A stretch of 64,000 nt of DNA from an uncultured Rhodohalobacter sp. (GCA_964401805.1 CAYNZY010000007.1:20982-84981); one strand, 5' to 3'. Shown: positions 44,009 through 53,562, counted from the first letter of the stretch. The notes: a model not told the origin generated them from the sequence alone. Translations and numbers: made by a program.

Positions 44009-44797
44009 CTACTCAGCTCCATAAATGTCGTTTAAAACACCTGCTGTACGAACACCTGCCTGGAGTAATCTCTTGAAAATCAAATCCCTGTTGTGATATC
44101 GATACTCGTATCCAACTCTCATATCATCGGGAAGATCATATACAATATCACGATAGCTTACGGATTCATAAGCCCAGTCCCGAACGGATGAATTCTGCCA
44201 CTCTTCAACCTGCTCTTCAGTAGCAGTATCAATTTCCCATGCAAGCTCTGAGTAACTCATTTGAAGTGAGTTTATGATGTCGCTGTCCCAAAGTCTGTGC
44301 AGGTTTGAATTTTCTCCCATCCACTGAAGACGAACATCATTTCCACCTACATCCTCACCGTTACCCACATGTAAAGGTTGATGAATATCGCCAATCATGT
44401 GGATAACAAGCCTCAGTTTATCTTTTTCTTCCTTCTCCGTCAGGTCGCCATTCCTGAGTTCCTCAATAAGTGTTTCAAGAGCCCAGATGATATCACCATC
44501 CTCTTCTTGTTCAGTCTCTTCATAGGTCTTTCCTTCCTCAATGGTTGCCCAATGCCAGGTCCGGGTATAATCATATTCACTGTCCGAACGGATATCATCC
44601 ATCCAAACAGCAGACAAAGATAATGAGCGATCGCCTAAAATTTCGTAAACGCGATCACGGGCCTCATCGCTGAGATATATATCCGCAATTTCTCCGGTCA
44701 CATAATGACCAATTTGTCCCCACTTTTGGTGCTCCTGATGATCAATTTCTCCTGTATTGAAAAACAGTGCTGCGGCTAAAATCAAAAATCCTTTCAT
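44009..44797 (-). CDS. S1/P1 nuclease family, exported
   Basis: WGQIGH, WMDDIR, WH, HMIGDIHQPLH, GGN, NLHRLWD zinc ligands. Confidence 0.92.
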   Translation of the reverse strand: MKGFLILAAALFFNTGEIDHQEHQKWGQIGHYVTGEIADIYLSDEARDRVYEILGDRSLSLSAVWMDDIRSDSEYDYTRTWHWATIEEGKTYEETEQEEDGDIIWALETLIEELRNGDLTEKEEKDKLRLVIHMIGDIHQPLHVGNGEDVGGNDVRLQWMGENSNLHRLWDSDIINSLQMSYSELAWEIDTATEEQVEEWQNSSVRDWAYESVSYRDIVYDLPDDMRVGYEYRYHNRDLIFKRLLQAGVRTAGVLNDIYGAE

Positions 44798-44871
44798 ATC
44801 TCAACGAAGTATTAAATTTATCTTTATTAAAGGTACGATCTTTTATCTGAACAGTCTATCCGATCCAATAT

Positions 44872-45870
44872 TTATTCAGACCGTATTTCGGATAATTTTT
44901 TGTAAAGATCTTTTTCTTCCTGGCTCAATTTATCAGGCAGATGTAGAGAAACTTTCACATAGTAGTTTCCTCTTTTCGTCGGATTATTAAACTCCGGAAC
45001 GCCCCGACCGGCCAGGCGGAACATCTTCCCGTTTTGAGTATTCTCGGGAATATTAAGTTTCACTTTACCTTCCAGTGTTTCAACTGTCAGAGTGCCACCC
45101 AATGCGGCTTTATGTACCGGCAGATCCGTTGTTTGAATAATGTCTTTACCTTTCCTTTCAATTCCTTCAGGCTCATTGATTTTGATTTTCAGGTATAGAT
45201 TACCTTTTCGCCCACCGGGGCCCGGCTGACCTTTTCCTTTTAGCTTGAGCCGCTTGCCATCTTCAATACCCACCGGTATTTTCACTTTCATCTTCTCGTT
45301 GCCTACGCGAAGGTGTTTTTCGGCACCGGTTAACACATCTTTTAAATCAACATGAACAACGGCTTCTGAATCAGCAACGGCTTGAGAAGCCCTTCTTCCA
45401 CCGCCGGCTGAATATTGCTGTCTGCCCTGTGCAGCACCAAATGGATCGCCACCGTTTTCGAATTGCCCACCTCCAAATAGTGTTTCAAAAAAGCTGGAGA
45501 AAGGGCTCCCTCTGCCTGCAGACTGCTGACCACCGCCAAAAATATCATCCATGTTAATGTTTACACGTTGACGGCCTCCCCCACCTCTACGTCCGGCATA
45601 CTGCTGCCAGTTAAAATCATCTGCGCTCGCACCGGCTTGTTCATACTTCTTCCAATCAGACCCAACTTTATCATACAGCTTTCTTTTCTCGGGGTCTTTT
45701 AATACCTCGTAAGCTTCACCGATTTCCTTGAATTTTTGCTCGGCTTTTTTGTTACCCGGATTCTTATCGGGATGAAATTTCGCCGCCATCTTACGATACT
45801 TCTTCTTGATCTCGTCTTGCGAAGCATCCCGGGATACATCTAATGTTTTATAGTAATCTTTGTATTCCAT
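44872..45870 (-). CDS. DnaJ class II (CbpA-like) co-chaperone
   Basis: J-domain with HPD, G/F-rich region, no zinc finger, DnaJ C-domain (KVKIPVG, ALGG). Confidence 0.9.
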   Translation of the reverse strand: MEYKDYYKTLDVSRDASQDEIKKKYRKMAAKFHPDKNPGNKKAEQKFKEIGEAYEVLKDPEKRKLYDKVGSDWKKYEQAGASADDFNWQQYAGRRGGGGRQRVNINMDDIFGGGQQSAGRGSPFSSFFETLFGGGQFENGGDPFGAAQGRQQYSAGGGRRASQAVADSEAVVHVDLKDVLTGAEKHLRVGNEKMKVKIPVGIEDGKRLKLKGKGQPGPGGRKGNLYLKIKINEPEGIERKGKDIIQTTDLPVHKAALGGTLTVETLEGKVKLNIPENTQNGKMFRLAGRGVPEFNNPTKRGNYYVKVSLHLPDKLSQEEKDLYKKLSEIRSE

Positions 45871-45903
45871 AGCTCAAGTGTACTTAACTTTGCTTTTAAT
45901 ATT

Positions 45904-45919
45904 TGCAAAAGTAGTGCCA
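45904..45919 (-). promoter_or_regulatory. Sigma54 (-24/-12) promoter of the DnaJ-class gene
   Basis: Minus strand TGGCACTACTTTTGCA matches TGGCAC-N5-TTGCW, 33 bp upstream of the ATG. Confidence 0.75.
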
Positions 45920-46057
45920 TGCCCCTCTCAAATTGTTGTATTGACAGTAAACCTGACGGAATGGAGGTAGTACAGGCCTCAGGCATGCGCCATACTCCCT
46001 CTAGAGAAATTGTGAGAAAATGAATAATCAAAACTTGATCAGATATCATACACCCTT

Positions 46058-46121
46058 TATTGCAACGGAGACACGGAATGTCACAGAGTTTTCAGTGTTG
46101 ATCCGTGTTTCCGTGGCAATA
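46058..46121. repeat. Long imperfect hairpin of CACGGA/CACAGAG units, family D
   Basis: TATTGCAACGGAGACACGGA...TCCGTGTTTCCGTGGCAATA. Confidence 0.6.
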
Positions 46122-46185
46122 GTTCACAGTCTCTCAAGCGGAGACTTACCCCCTAATCATCATCTAAACAAAAACTAAACCCAAT

Positions 46186-46219
46186 AAAAAAGCCTCTGCC
46201 TGAAATCAGACAGAGGCTT
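46186..46219 (-). terminator. Intrinsic terminator of the DegP-family gene
   Basis: AAGCCTCTG..CTGA-AA-TCAG..CAGAGGCTT stem with an A-run on the left. Confidence 0.8.
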
Positions 46220-46246
46220 AACCTTAATCACTACCTAAACCATTTT

Positions 46247-47728
46247 TTAAAGCTCAAACGCCACAAAAATATTTCTTCCCTGGCGGTTCACACGAAGCAG
46301 TGCTACTTCAGTGCCGTCATCAATCAAGGTTTGAATTGTACCGTAGAACTCCTCCGGTTGAGTAACAGGCGATCCGGCTACCTGGGAAATAACATCGCCT
46401 CTTCTCAGACCTTGTGCGTATGCGCTGCTTGCTTCGCTAATTTCACTTACCACTACACCAAACGCCTGAGATTGCAAATTCAGCTGCCGGCGAATGGAAT
46501 CCGTGAGTTCATCTACGGCAAAGCCTAAATTTTCACGAAGCTCCTCCTCATCTGAAGTACTCATTTCAGCGGCTACCTCTTCAGGATTCAACTCTCCGAG
46601 TTCAACAGTAAACGACTGCGTTTCGCCATCTCTGAAAACTTCAATCTCTACTTCTGTACCCGGTGCAGAGTTCGCAATTGTAACACGGAAATCGTAAAAA
46701 TCACGAACGATGTTGCCATTCAAACGAACAACCACGTCGCCTTCCTGAAGCCCTGCTTCTGCAGCCGGTCCATCCTCAACAACGTCGCCAATTACAAATC
46801 CTCTGGGAGTGTTCATTCCCAAAGCACGTGCCATGGTGCGATCAACTTCACCGCCCAAAGAAATACCAAGATATCCGCGGGCAACACGTCCGTCTGTTAT
46901 CAAAGATTCCATTACGCTTTGAGCCATGTTGATTGGGATTGCAAAACCAAGTCCCTGATTTCCACCACTGCGGCTGGCAATAGCTGTATTGATACCAATC
47001 AACTCTCCATCAACATTAATGAGCGGTCCGCCGGAGTTGCCGGGGTTAATAGCAGCGTCTGTCTGAATGTAATTTTCGAATTGGTTCAGACCTAATCTTG
47101 AACGGCCACTCGCACTAACAATACCCATAGAAACTGAATGCGCAAACTGATTACCCAATGGACTACCGATCGCGAAGACCATTTCACCGGCTCTAAGTTC
47201 ATCGCTGTTGCCGAGCGGAATTGCTTTCAAGTCGTCATGATCAATTTTCAGCACGGCTATATCGCTGGCGGGATCTGCCCCAACAATTTCTGCGTCCAGT
47301 TCTTCGCCATCAAAAAGAGTAACTTTAATTTCATCGGCATTATCTATCACATGATTATTTGTGATGATATATCCTTCCTCAGATACAATCACTCCTGAAC
47401 CAAGCCCTTGTCGTTGAAACTCTCTTTCGCGATCCAACCTGGGGTCATCAAAAAAGAAGGAAAATGGAGATTGCTGTCTTTGACGAACCGTTTGGGTTGT
47501 GTTAATTGTAACCACAGTTGGATTGGCCTGTTCAGCGATATCAACAATAGCGTTGTTAAAATCTCTCAGTGTCACTGCTCGCTGTGTACCCGTCGTCTGT
47601 GTTGATTCATTGTACGTTGGCAGTTCTGATTTTGTCGAGTCCGATTCGGTTTCATTTCCATAATTCAGCCCGATAAAGAAAAACGCCACAGCTACTGCGG
47701 CTATTACACTTTTTGTTATTCTATCCAT
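46247..47728 (-). CDS. Do/DegQ/DegP family serine endoprotease
   Basis: GSGVI, TNNHV, DIAV, IQTDAAINPGNSGGPL and two PDZ domains. Confidence 0.95.
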   Translation of the reverse strand: MDRITKSVIAAVAVAFFFIGLNYGNETESDSTKSELPTYNESTQTTGTQRAVTLRDFNNAIVDIAEQANPTVVTINTTQTVRQRQQSPFSFFFDDPRLDREREFQRQGLGSGVIVSEEGYIITNNHVIDNADEIKVTLFDGEELDAEIVGADPASDIAVLKIDHDDLKAIPLGNSDELRAGEMVFAIGSPLGNQFAHSVSMGIVSASGRSRLGLNQFENYIQTDAAINPGNSGGPLINVDGELIGINTAIASRSGGNQGLGFAIPINMAQSVMESLITDGRVARGYLGISLGGEVDRTMARALGMNTPRGFVIGDVVEDGPAAEAGLQEGDVVVRLNGNIVRDFYDFRVTIANSAPGTEVEIEVFRDGETQSFTVELGELNPEEVAAEMSTSDEEELRENLGFAVDELTDSIRRQLNLQSQAFGVVVSEISEASSAYAQGLRRGDVISQVAGSPVTQPEEFYGTIQTLIDDGTEVALLRVNRQGRNIFVAFEL

Positions 47729-47913
47729 AAATGTCGACTCTTTTTTATTTGAATTCTATCGGTAGATTTTTTTCTACCTCGCCCTGTTCCGGACGGATTT
47801 TTAAAAGCATTTTTTAGTTTCTACTAACGAGATGGACAGCGGTTCCTTATTCATGTAAAGGAATCGTGCGATCATCAAAGGCTTAAACTTTCAGAAATCC
47901 CAATTTATTGTCC

Positions 47914-47952
47914 AAAAAAATGCCGGAGACACTTGTCAAAGGATCTCCGGCG
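47914..47952 (-). terminator. Intrinsic terminator of hsp20
   Basis: A7-TGCCGGAGA...TCTCCGGCG stem downstream of the Hsp20 stop. Confidence 0.7.
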
Positions 47953-48007
47953 CTAACTAACCTGCTCTCTTAGGGGACATATGAGAACAGCTCTTACTAC
48001 TAACTTC

Positions 48008-48436
48008 TTATTTGATTTTAATTTGCTTCTTCATTTTCTCTTCGCTCTTATCGATGGTGATATTTAAAATCCCATCATTGTATGATGCATTGATGCTGTC
48101 ATCGTTCACATCATCCGGGAGCTGGAAAGTTCGGGTAAATGTACCGTAGTGGCTTTCCACTCTGTGGTATGTTTTACCTTCTTTCTCTTTTTCAAATTTT
48201 CGCTCTCCGTTGATTGTCAACCGGCCTTTTTCAAGGTCAAGCTGAATATCATCTTTCTTCATTCCCGGAAGAGTTACATCTATAACGTATTGATTCTCGG
48301 TTTCTGATATATCAATTTTAGGTGCGAACGAATTTTGTCTATTTGCGACTGCATCATTGAAAAATTCGTCCATAATGTCTGAAAAACGTTGACCGAATAC
48401 ATCATTTCCGGGTTTTGAATATCTAACGAGTGCCAT
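48008..48436 (-). CDS. Hsp20/alpha-crystallin small heat-shock protein
   Basis: PKIDISE, LPGMKKDDI, LTINGER, E..YGTFTRTFQLP, ASYNDGILNI; GGAGGT RBS upstream. Confidence 0.95.
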   Translation of the reverse strand: MALVRYSKPGNDVFGQRFSDIMDEFFNDAVANRQNSFAPKIDISETENQYVIDVTLPGMKKDDIQLDLEKGRLTINGERKFEKEKEGKTYHRVESHYGTFTRTFQLPDDVNDDSINASYNDGILNITIDKSEEKMKKQIKIK

Positions 48437-48497
48437 AATGACCTCCGATTTTTAAGTTGTTGTTTAAAAGTTTATTCAATTGTTCACCTATACTTGT

Positions 48498-48513
48498 TGC
48501 AATAGAAATGCCA
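48498..48513 (-). promoter_or_regulatory. Sigma54 (-24/-12) promoter of hsp20
   Basis: Minus strand TGGCATTTCTATTGCA (TGGCA-N6-TTGCA). Confidence 0.72.
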
Positions 48514-48706
48514 ACAACTATTTTACTGCCACGTTTGTCATGTTCGGCAGAATACTTATGAAGTTGTTTCAGACCGGAATTTCAGCTGTGACCGGCTGTC
48601 ATTTCCGGGAAGACAGAGTGACTCCACCACACTGTTATTCTGTCTGATTTTCTATCTGCTTCATTTTTTGGATATGATCAATCATATAAACAGGATTGGA
48701 GTGTAA

Positions 48707-48801
48707 CCTGTTGCAGGCTTTCAGCCTGCTTTTCGGTCTGGATCATTTTTTCATGGTCTTGGGACGGTGCCCCAAGCTGGGTTGTTTTAGGCTTTCAGCC
48801 T
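48707..48801 (+). repeat. Three-hairpin REP-like element family A, copy 1
   Basis: GCAGGC-TTTCA-GCCTGC / CTTGGGAC-GGT-GCCCCAAG / AGGC-TTTCA-GCCT; 90 of 95 bases identical to 49867-49961. Confidence 0.9.
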
Positions 48802-49205
48802 GTTGTTTTTATTGATCTAATGGGTTATTGATTTCTAAATATATAATCAGCTACAGGCCTGAAAGCCTTCTCCACCCGTTCATCCCACTCAACGTCCGAT
48901 GCTTCTAAATCTATGCCATTCGTTTAATCCTCTTCGCAATTTTTTCCGCTGACTCTCAGTAGAGGATATCCTTCAACTATGAGAACACATTTGGACTGTT
49001 TCTTAGAAGATCGATGTATCAAACTGGGGTACTGTAGGCTTTCAGCTTTTGGCTTAAAAACCGATTACCACTCGGTTGCCAAATAAAAATTTAATCAGGT
49101 TATCAATGCTTATCCTCAGTACTATAAATCTTATTCAACTTCTACCTTTTCGCCTTTATCTCTTTTAGGTTATTTCATACTACAGCTCAGATTTTGGGCG
49201 AAATA

Positions 49206-49292
49206 AGGCTGAAAGCCTTTTACAAACCAGCCCGGGGCAACGCCCCGGTAATCAGTCCCCATCAAATCAGGCAGGCTGAAGGCCTGCAACAG
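49206..49292 (-). repeat. Three-hairpin REP-like element family A, copy 2 (inverted, diverged spacer)
   Basis: Minus strand CTGTTGCAGGCCTTCAGCCTGC...CCGGGGCGTTGCCCCGGGCTGG...AGGCTTTCAGCCT. Confidence 0.88.
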
Positions 49293-49394
49293 CGTAAATC
49301 TTTTTTTTAAAAAAAATTTCTGTAAGCCTGCATAGATTTTCGGTTCATACAGGTAAAAGTTTCTACTTCACACCTCTAAACTAAATCACTTGTC

Positions 49395-49850
49395 ATGAGC
49401 CAGTCTCTTTCCAAACTTTACATCCATCTTACATTTTCAACGAAAGGCCGATTGCCGATGATCTATGATGGTATTCGGGCCGATTTACACGCCTATTTAG
49501 CAGGGATTTTCAAAAGCCTTGGATGTCCGGCAATTATCATAAACTCTGTTCCGGACCACGTTCATGTTCTATTTCGTATGTCTAAAAATATCAGTCTGGC
49601 AAAAATTGTCGAAGAGGTAAAAAAGGGATCTTCCAAATGGATGAAGGAAAGCACAAATAATCCTTCCTTTTATTGGCAAATAGGATACGGTGCCTTTTCA
49701 GTTAGCAGTTCCAAAGTTGGGGTCACTACGCGTTATATCGCACGCCAGCAGGAGCACCATAAAAAATGGAATTATAGAGAAGAGATCGAGCAATACATGA
49801 AAAGGTATGATGTAGTTGAGTATAATCCGACCTATTTTTGGAAAGAATAG
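49395..49850 (+). mobile_element. tnpA: Y1 HUH transposase (IS200/IS605 TnpA-like, probably REP-associated); no tnpB
   Basis: YIHLTFSTK, HUH motif DHVHVL, KKGSSKW, FYWQIGYGAFSV, catalytic Tyr in RYIARQQEHH; flanked by palindromic repeats. Confidence 0.92.
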
Positions 49851-49866
49851 TCAGGTCGCAGTTCCG

Positions 49867-49961
49867 CCTGTTGCAGGCTTTCAGCCTGCTTTTCGGTCTG
49901 GATCATTTTTTCGTGGTCTTGGGGCGGTGCCCCAAGTTGGGTTTTTTAAGGCTTTCAGCCT
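49867..49961 (+). repeat. Three-hairpin REP-like element family A, copy 3
   Basis: Direct repeat of 48707-48801 at an offset of exactly 1160 bp, starting 16 bp after the tnpA stop. Confidence 0.9.
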
Positions 49962-50038
49962 TTTGGATAATTTGATCAGCAACAGTTATCCTTACAGTTC
50001 AATAAACTGACTTCATTCTTTCATTTTGACTGTTCAAC

Positions 50039-52429
50039 ATGTCTAACCTCCGATTTTATACCTTCTTCGTTGTTCTTTTACTCTTCACCGGATGGAATCC
50101 GGTTACCGCCCAACAGACAGACTCATTCCATTATGAGGTAACGGACGATCATTTACGCCTCCAACTGGACCGGGGAATTTATGAGATCTCATTTTACTCG
50201 CCTGAAGTTGCTGAGGTAACATTTTACGAAGATGAGCTATCTGAATACCCGCCATCACATGCGGTTGTGATGAATGATAAATTCACTTCCTTCGATGTGG
50301 ATGATACCGGCAATTATGTTGCGTTAATAACCGAGGGACTACAAGTTTTTATAGAAAGACCATCTGGACAGATTTCTTTTTATTACGGAGGAAAAAAGCT
50401 GATCGAAGAACGAAATGGATTCCAATCGACGGAAGATGGGTTTAAAGTAGACTTTAATATTTCCGAAACAGAAATATTGATGGGTGGTGGCGCACGAGCA
50501 CTTGGAATGGATCGGCGTGGGAATCGGCTTCGGCTTTACAACCGGGCCGACTATGGGTATGAAACCCACTCTGAACTGATGAACTACACTATCCCAATGG
50601 TTCTTTCCTCCAAGATGTACGCCATTCATTTTGACAATCCCACTACCGGCTGGCTGGACCTGGATAGTCAGTTCAACAACACACTCTCATTCGAAGCAAT
50701 ATCCGGACGCCAAAGTTACCAGGTGATTGCTGGTTCAGATTGGGAAGAAATTGTTTATAACTATACCAACTTAACAGGGTTTCAGCCTCTTCCGCCACGC
50801 TGGGCTTTTGGCAATTTCTCAAGCCGGTTCGGCTACCATTCACAGGATGAAGTTCTAGAAACCATTGAGACATTCAAAAAGGAGGAAGTACCGGTTGATG
50901 CCGTTATTCTGGACCTTTATTGGTTTGGGAAAGATGTAAAAGGGACGATGGGTAATCTCGCATTCGATCGCGACTCATTTCCCGAACCGGTACAGATGAT
51001 GGATCAGCTCGAAGAACAGGGAGTTAAGACCATACTCATTACTGAGCCATTTGTTCTCACTACCTCTAATCGATGGGAAGAGGCTGTAGAAATGGATGTG
51101 CTCGCCAAAGACTCACTTGGGAATCCTGCCACCTACGAATTTTTCTTTGGCAACACCGGCTTAATCGATGTATTTGACCCTGAAGCCCGCGATTGGTTCT
51201 GGAATATCTATCAAGGTTTGATTGAGATGGGTGTTCACGGATGGTGGGGAGATCTGGGAGAACCGGAAGTTCATCCGGAATACCTTGTTCATCATACCGG
51301 ATCAGCTAATGAAGTTCACAATATTTATGGACACGAATGGGCAAAAATAGTTCACGAAGGATATCGAGAACACTACCCGGATGTGCGACCTTTTAACTTA
51401 ATGCGCGCCGGATACTCCGGGTCGCAACGATTTGGGTTAATTCCCTGGTCGGGTGATGTCAATCGCACATGGGGCGGACTTCAATCACAGCCTGAAATTT
51501 CCCTGCAAATGGGGCTTCAGGGACTGGCCTACATGCACTCCGATCTGGGTGGATTTGCCGGAGACCTGGTAGATGATGAAAAATATGTTCGATGGCTGCA
51601 GTATGGAGTGTTTCAACCCATTTACCGACCACATGCACAAGAGGATGTACCCTCAGAACCGGTATTCAGAAGCCCGGAGGCACTTGAATTGTCACGAAAA
51701 GCGATAGAACTCCGGTACCGCCTGATTCCCTACATCTACACCCTTGCGTTTGAAAATTCCAGAACAGGTATACCACTGATGCGTCCGCTTTTTTTCGAGG
51801 AGCCTGATAATCACGAAATCTATAAAGTGGCAGGCAGCTATCTCTTCGGTGATGATATTCTGGTTTCTCCAGTTATGGAACCCGATAAGAAAAAACAGAC
51901 GGTTTGGTTCCCCGGTAAATCGAATTGGTTTGATTTCTATACCGGTGAAAGGTATCGCGGGGGAGAACAACGCTCAGTAAAGACTCAGGAAGAATCGATC
52001 CCGACTTTTATTCGGGGCGGAGCTATTATTCCAACTGTGGAATTGGTTCAGTCACTGGACAACTACTCTATCAATGATTTAAACCTCACTCTTTTCTATG
52101 ACGCATCCATGCCATACTACAGAACTTCCATCTATCATGATGATGGATTGACCTACGATGCCTATACAAAAGAAATGTATGAGCAACTTCACATCAGCTC
52201 GACTAATCAAAACGATAAATCAACTATCCGGTTCATGAAGGAGATTGGTCAACAATTTGCATCAGAGATTGAATCAATTAATCTGACCATTCGAAATGCC
52301 GCTAAATCTGTTGAAACTATTCATCTCGATGGGCAACCAATTGAATTTCAGGTTCGAAATCATACTATTCAGGTAGAAAACCTTGAACTATCCTCAACCC
52401 GGCACGAACTCCTCATTATGTGGAAATAA
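50039..52429 (+). CDS. Glycoside hydrolase family 31 (alpha-glucosidase-like), exported
   Basis: Signal peptide (VTA-Q), PLPPRWAFG, LDLYW, GWWGDLGEP nucleophile, WSGDV acid/base, HSDLGGF, RWLQYG, PLMRPL. Confidence 0.93.
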   Translation: MSNLRFYTFFVVLLLFTGWNPVTAQQTDSFHYEVTDDHLRLQLDRGIYEISFYSPEVAEVTFYEDELSEYPPSHAVVMNDKFTSFDVDDTGNYVALITEGLQVFIERPSGQISFYYGGKKLIEERNGFQSTEDGFKVDFNISETEILMGGGARALGMDRRGNRLRLYNRADYGYETHSELMNYTIPMVLSSKMYAIHFDNPTTGWLDLDSQFNNTLSFEAISGRQSYQVIAGSDWEEIVYNYTNLTGFQPLPPRWAFGNFSSRFGYHSQDEVLETIETFKKEEVPVDAVILDLYWFGKDVKGTMGNLAFDRDSFPEPVQMMDQLEEQGVKTILITEPFVLTTSNRWEEAVEMDVLAKDSLGNPATYEFFFGNTGLIDVFDPEARDWFWNIYQGLIEMGVHGWWGDLGEPEVHPEYLVHHTGSANEVHNIYGHEWAKIVHEGYREHYPDVRPFNLMRAGYSGSQRFGLIPWSGDVNRTWGGLQSQPEISLQMGLQGLAYMHSDLGGFAGDLVDDEKYVRWLQYGVFQPIYRPHAQEDVPSEPVFRSPEALELSRKAIELRYRLIPYIYTLAFENSRTGIPLMRPLFFEEPDNHEIYKVAGSYLFGDDILVSPVMEPDKKKQTVWFPGKSNWFDFYTGERYRGGEQRSVKTQEESIPTFIRGGAIIPTVELVQSLDNYSINDLNLTLFYDASMPYYRTSIYHDDGLTYDAYTKEMYEQLHISSTNQNDKSTIRFMKEIGQQFASEIESINLTIRNAAKSVETIHLDGQPIEFQVRNHTIQVENLELSSTRHELLIMWK

Positions 52430-52434
52430 TTGAA

Positions 52435-53562
52435 TTACTCAGATTCCCGGCTGAAATCATAAATCTCAGGAAGTTCAAACATTTCCTTGAAAGCAAAGAA
52501 AAAACCTGAGTACGATTTGGCCGGACTTAAACGGCGACCGGTACCTGGGCCTTCTACCGCTTCCCCGAATACGTTCCATTTTGTACCCTCTTGGTCTACC
52601 ATCACAATGGGTAGCTGATCCTGAACAGCTTCAAATTCCAGTTCCGCACCGTCAGAGAACATCTTGTAGGCAATAGCAAAACTGAGACCGCTACTGCCAA
52701 TAATAACAAACTCCTCTCCCACAATAGTGTCATGAAAAACTTCAATTCCGGAATCGAACTTACTCACTTCATAAAGACGTACGGTTGACTGTTCATCCAG
52801 ATCCTCATCGATAAATACACCGTGTACCCTTGCTTTGTCGGGCAGTCTGACATCTGTTCTATGAACTAAAGGGAATGAGATAATGCCGTCTGTGGTATTA
52901 TAATCTTTACCGTATGCGTATGAATTATAATCTCTGACATGCCCCGTTGAAGTATTCATCACTTTAGAATCAGGGTACATTTTTTTCCAGGTTTCCCAGG
53001 TGGTATCCAATACATTTAGTGGATTAATGCTGGCACCTAAGTGCTCGCCATTAATCGCCCTCAGCCTCATTTGAGACCACAAAGATTCAGTATTTCTATC
53101 GTAGGCAATCAGATTATTTCTAAAAATAAGTCCGGAAGTTCCAAAACTTGGTCCTTGCTGTGGATTCCATGCGATACCCGTAGCTGTAAGAGGACAGTAT
53201 GTAATGGTAATTTGACTGTCATCATTTACAATTTCGTGCCAGTCCAGTATCTGTACCGGGTAACCGACAACTTCCCCTTCATTTACCATGCCAATTATCC
53301 GCCTTTCATCAGGAATAAAATCCACCTCTGACACGGTGGTATACTTTGGATTTTCAATTGGCGGAATGCCATCCTTGCCCGGACCACCGGCTATTACTTG
53401 GTGTTCAGGAACCAGCCATTTAATTTCTGTGTCGATATCTAATCCTTCAAAATTACCTCCCGAAACCGAATTGGTATCACAGGCTGAAATCGTAAAAAGA
53501 AGAAGCGATACTGTAAAAGTAAAGCCTAAGGACTTATAGAAAAACGTGGCCGGTGTTTTCAT
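52435..53562 (-). CDS. DUF3179 domain lipoprotein (CxxT)
   Basis: Lipobox ISAC, KDGIPPIENP, YP..ILDWHEIVND, TYCPLT, FGTSGL, YDRNTESLWSQ. Start set at ATG 53562 from the signal peptide and promoter position. Confidence 0.85.
   Translation of the reverse strand: MKTPATFFYKSLGFTFTVSLLLFTISACDTNSVSGGNFEGLDIDTEIKWLVPEHQVIAGGPGKDGIPPIENPKYTTVSEVDFIPDERRIIGMVNEGEVVGYPVQILDWHEIVNDDSQITITYCPLTATGIAWNPQQGPSFGTSGLIFRNNLIAYDRNTESLWSQMRLRAINGEHLGASINPLNVLDTTWETWKKMYPDSKVMNTSTGHVRDYNSYAYGKDYNTTDGIISFPLVHRTDVRLPDKARVHGVFIDEDLDEQSTVRLYEVSKFDSGIEVFHDTIVGEEFVIIGSSGLSFAIAYKMFSDGAELEFEAVQDQLPIVMVDQEGTKWNVFGEAVEGPGTGRRLSPAKSYSGFFFAFKEMFELPEIYDFSRESE

Noticed and set aside
42799-48520. CIRCE/HrcA operator near the chaperone genes
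   Set aside because: No TTAGCACTC-N9-GAGTGCTAA. The GGCAC half-matches are explained by sigma54 -24 elements or coding sequence.
48707-49961. CRISPR array or integron attC interpretation of the repeats
   Set aside because: The repeats are ~90 bp, in mixed orientation and irregularly spaced. There is no cas or integrase gene and no attC RYYYAAC/GTTRRRY ends.
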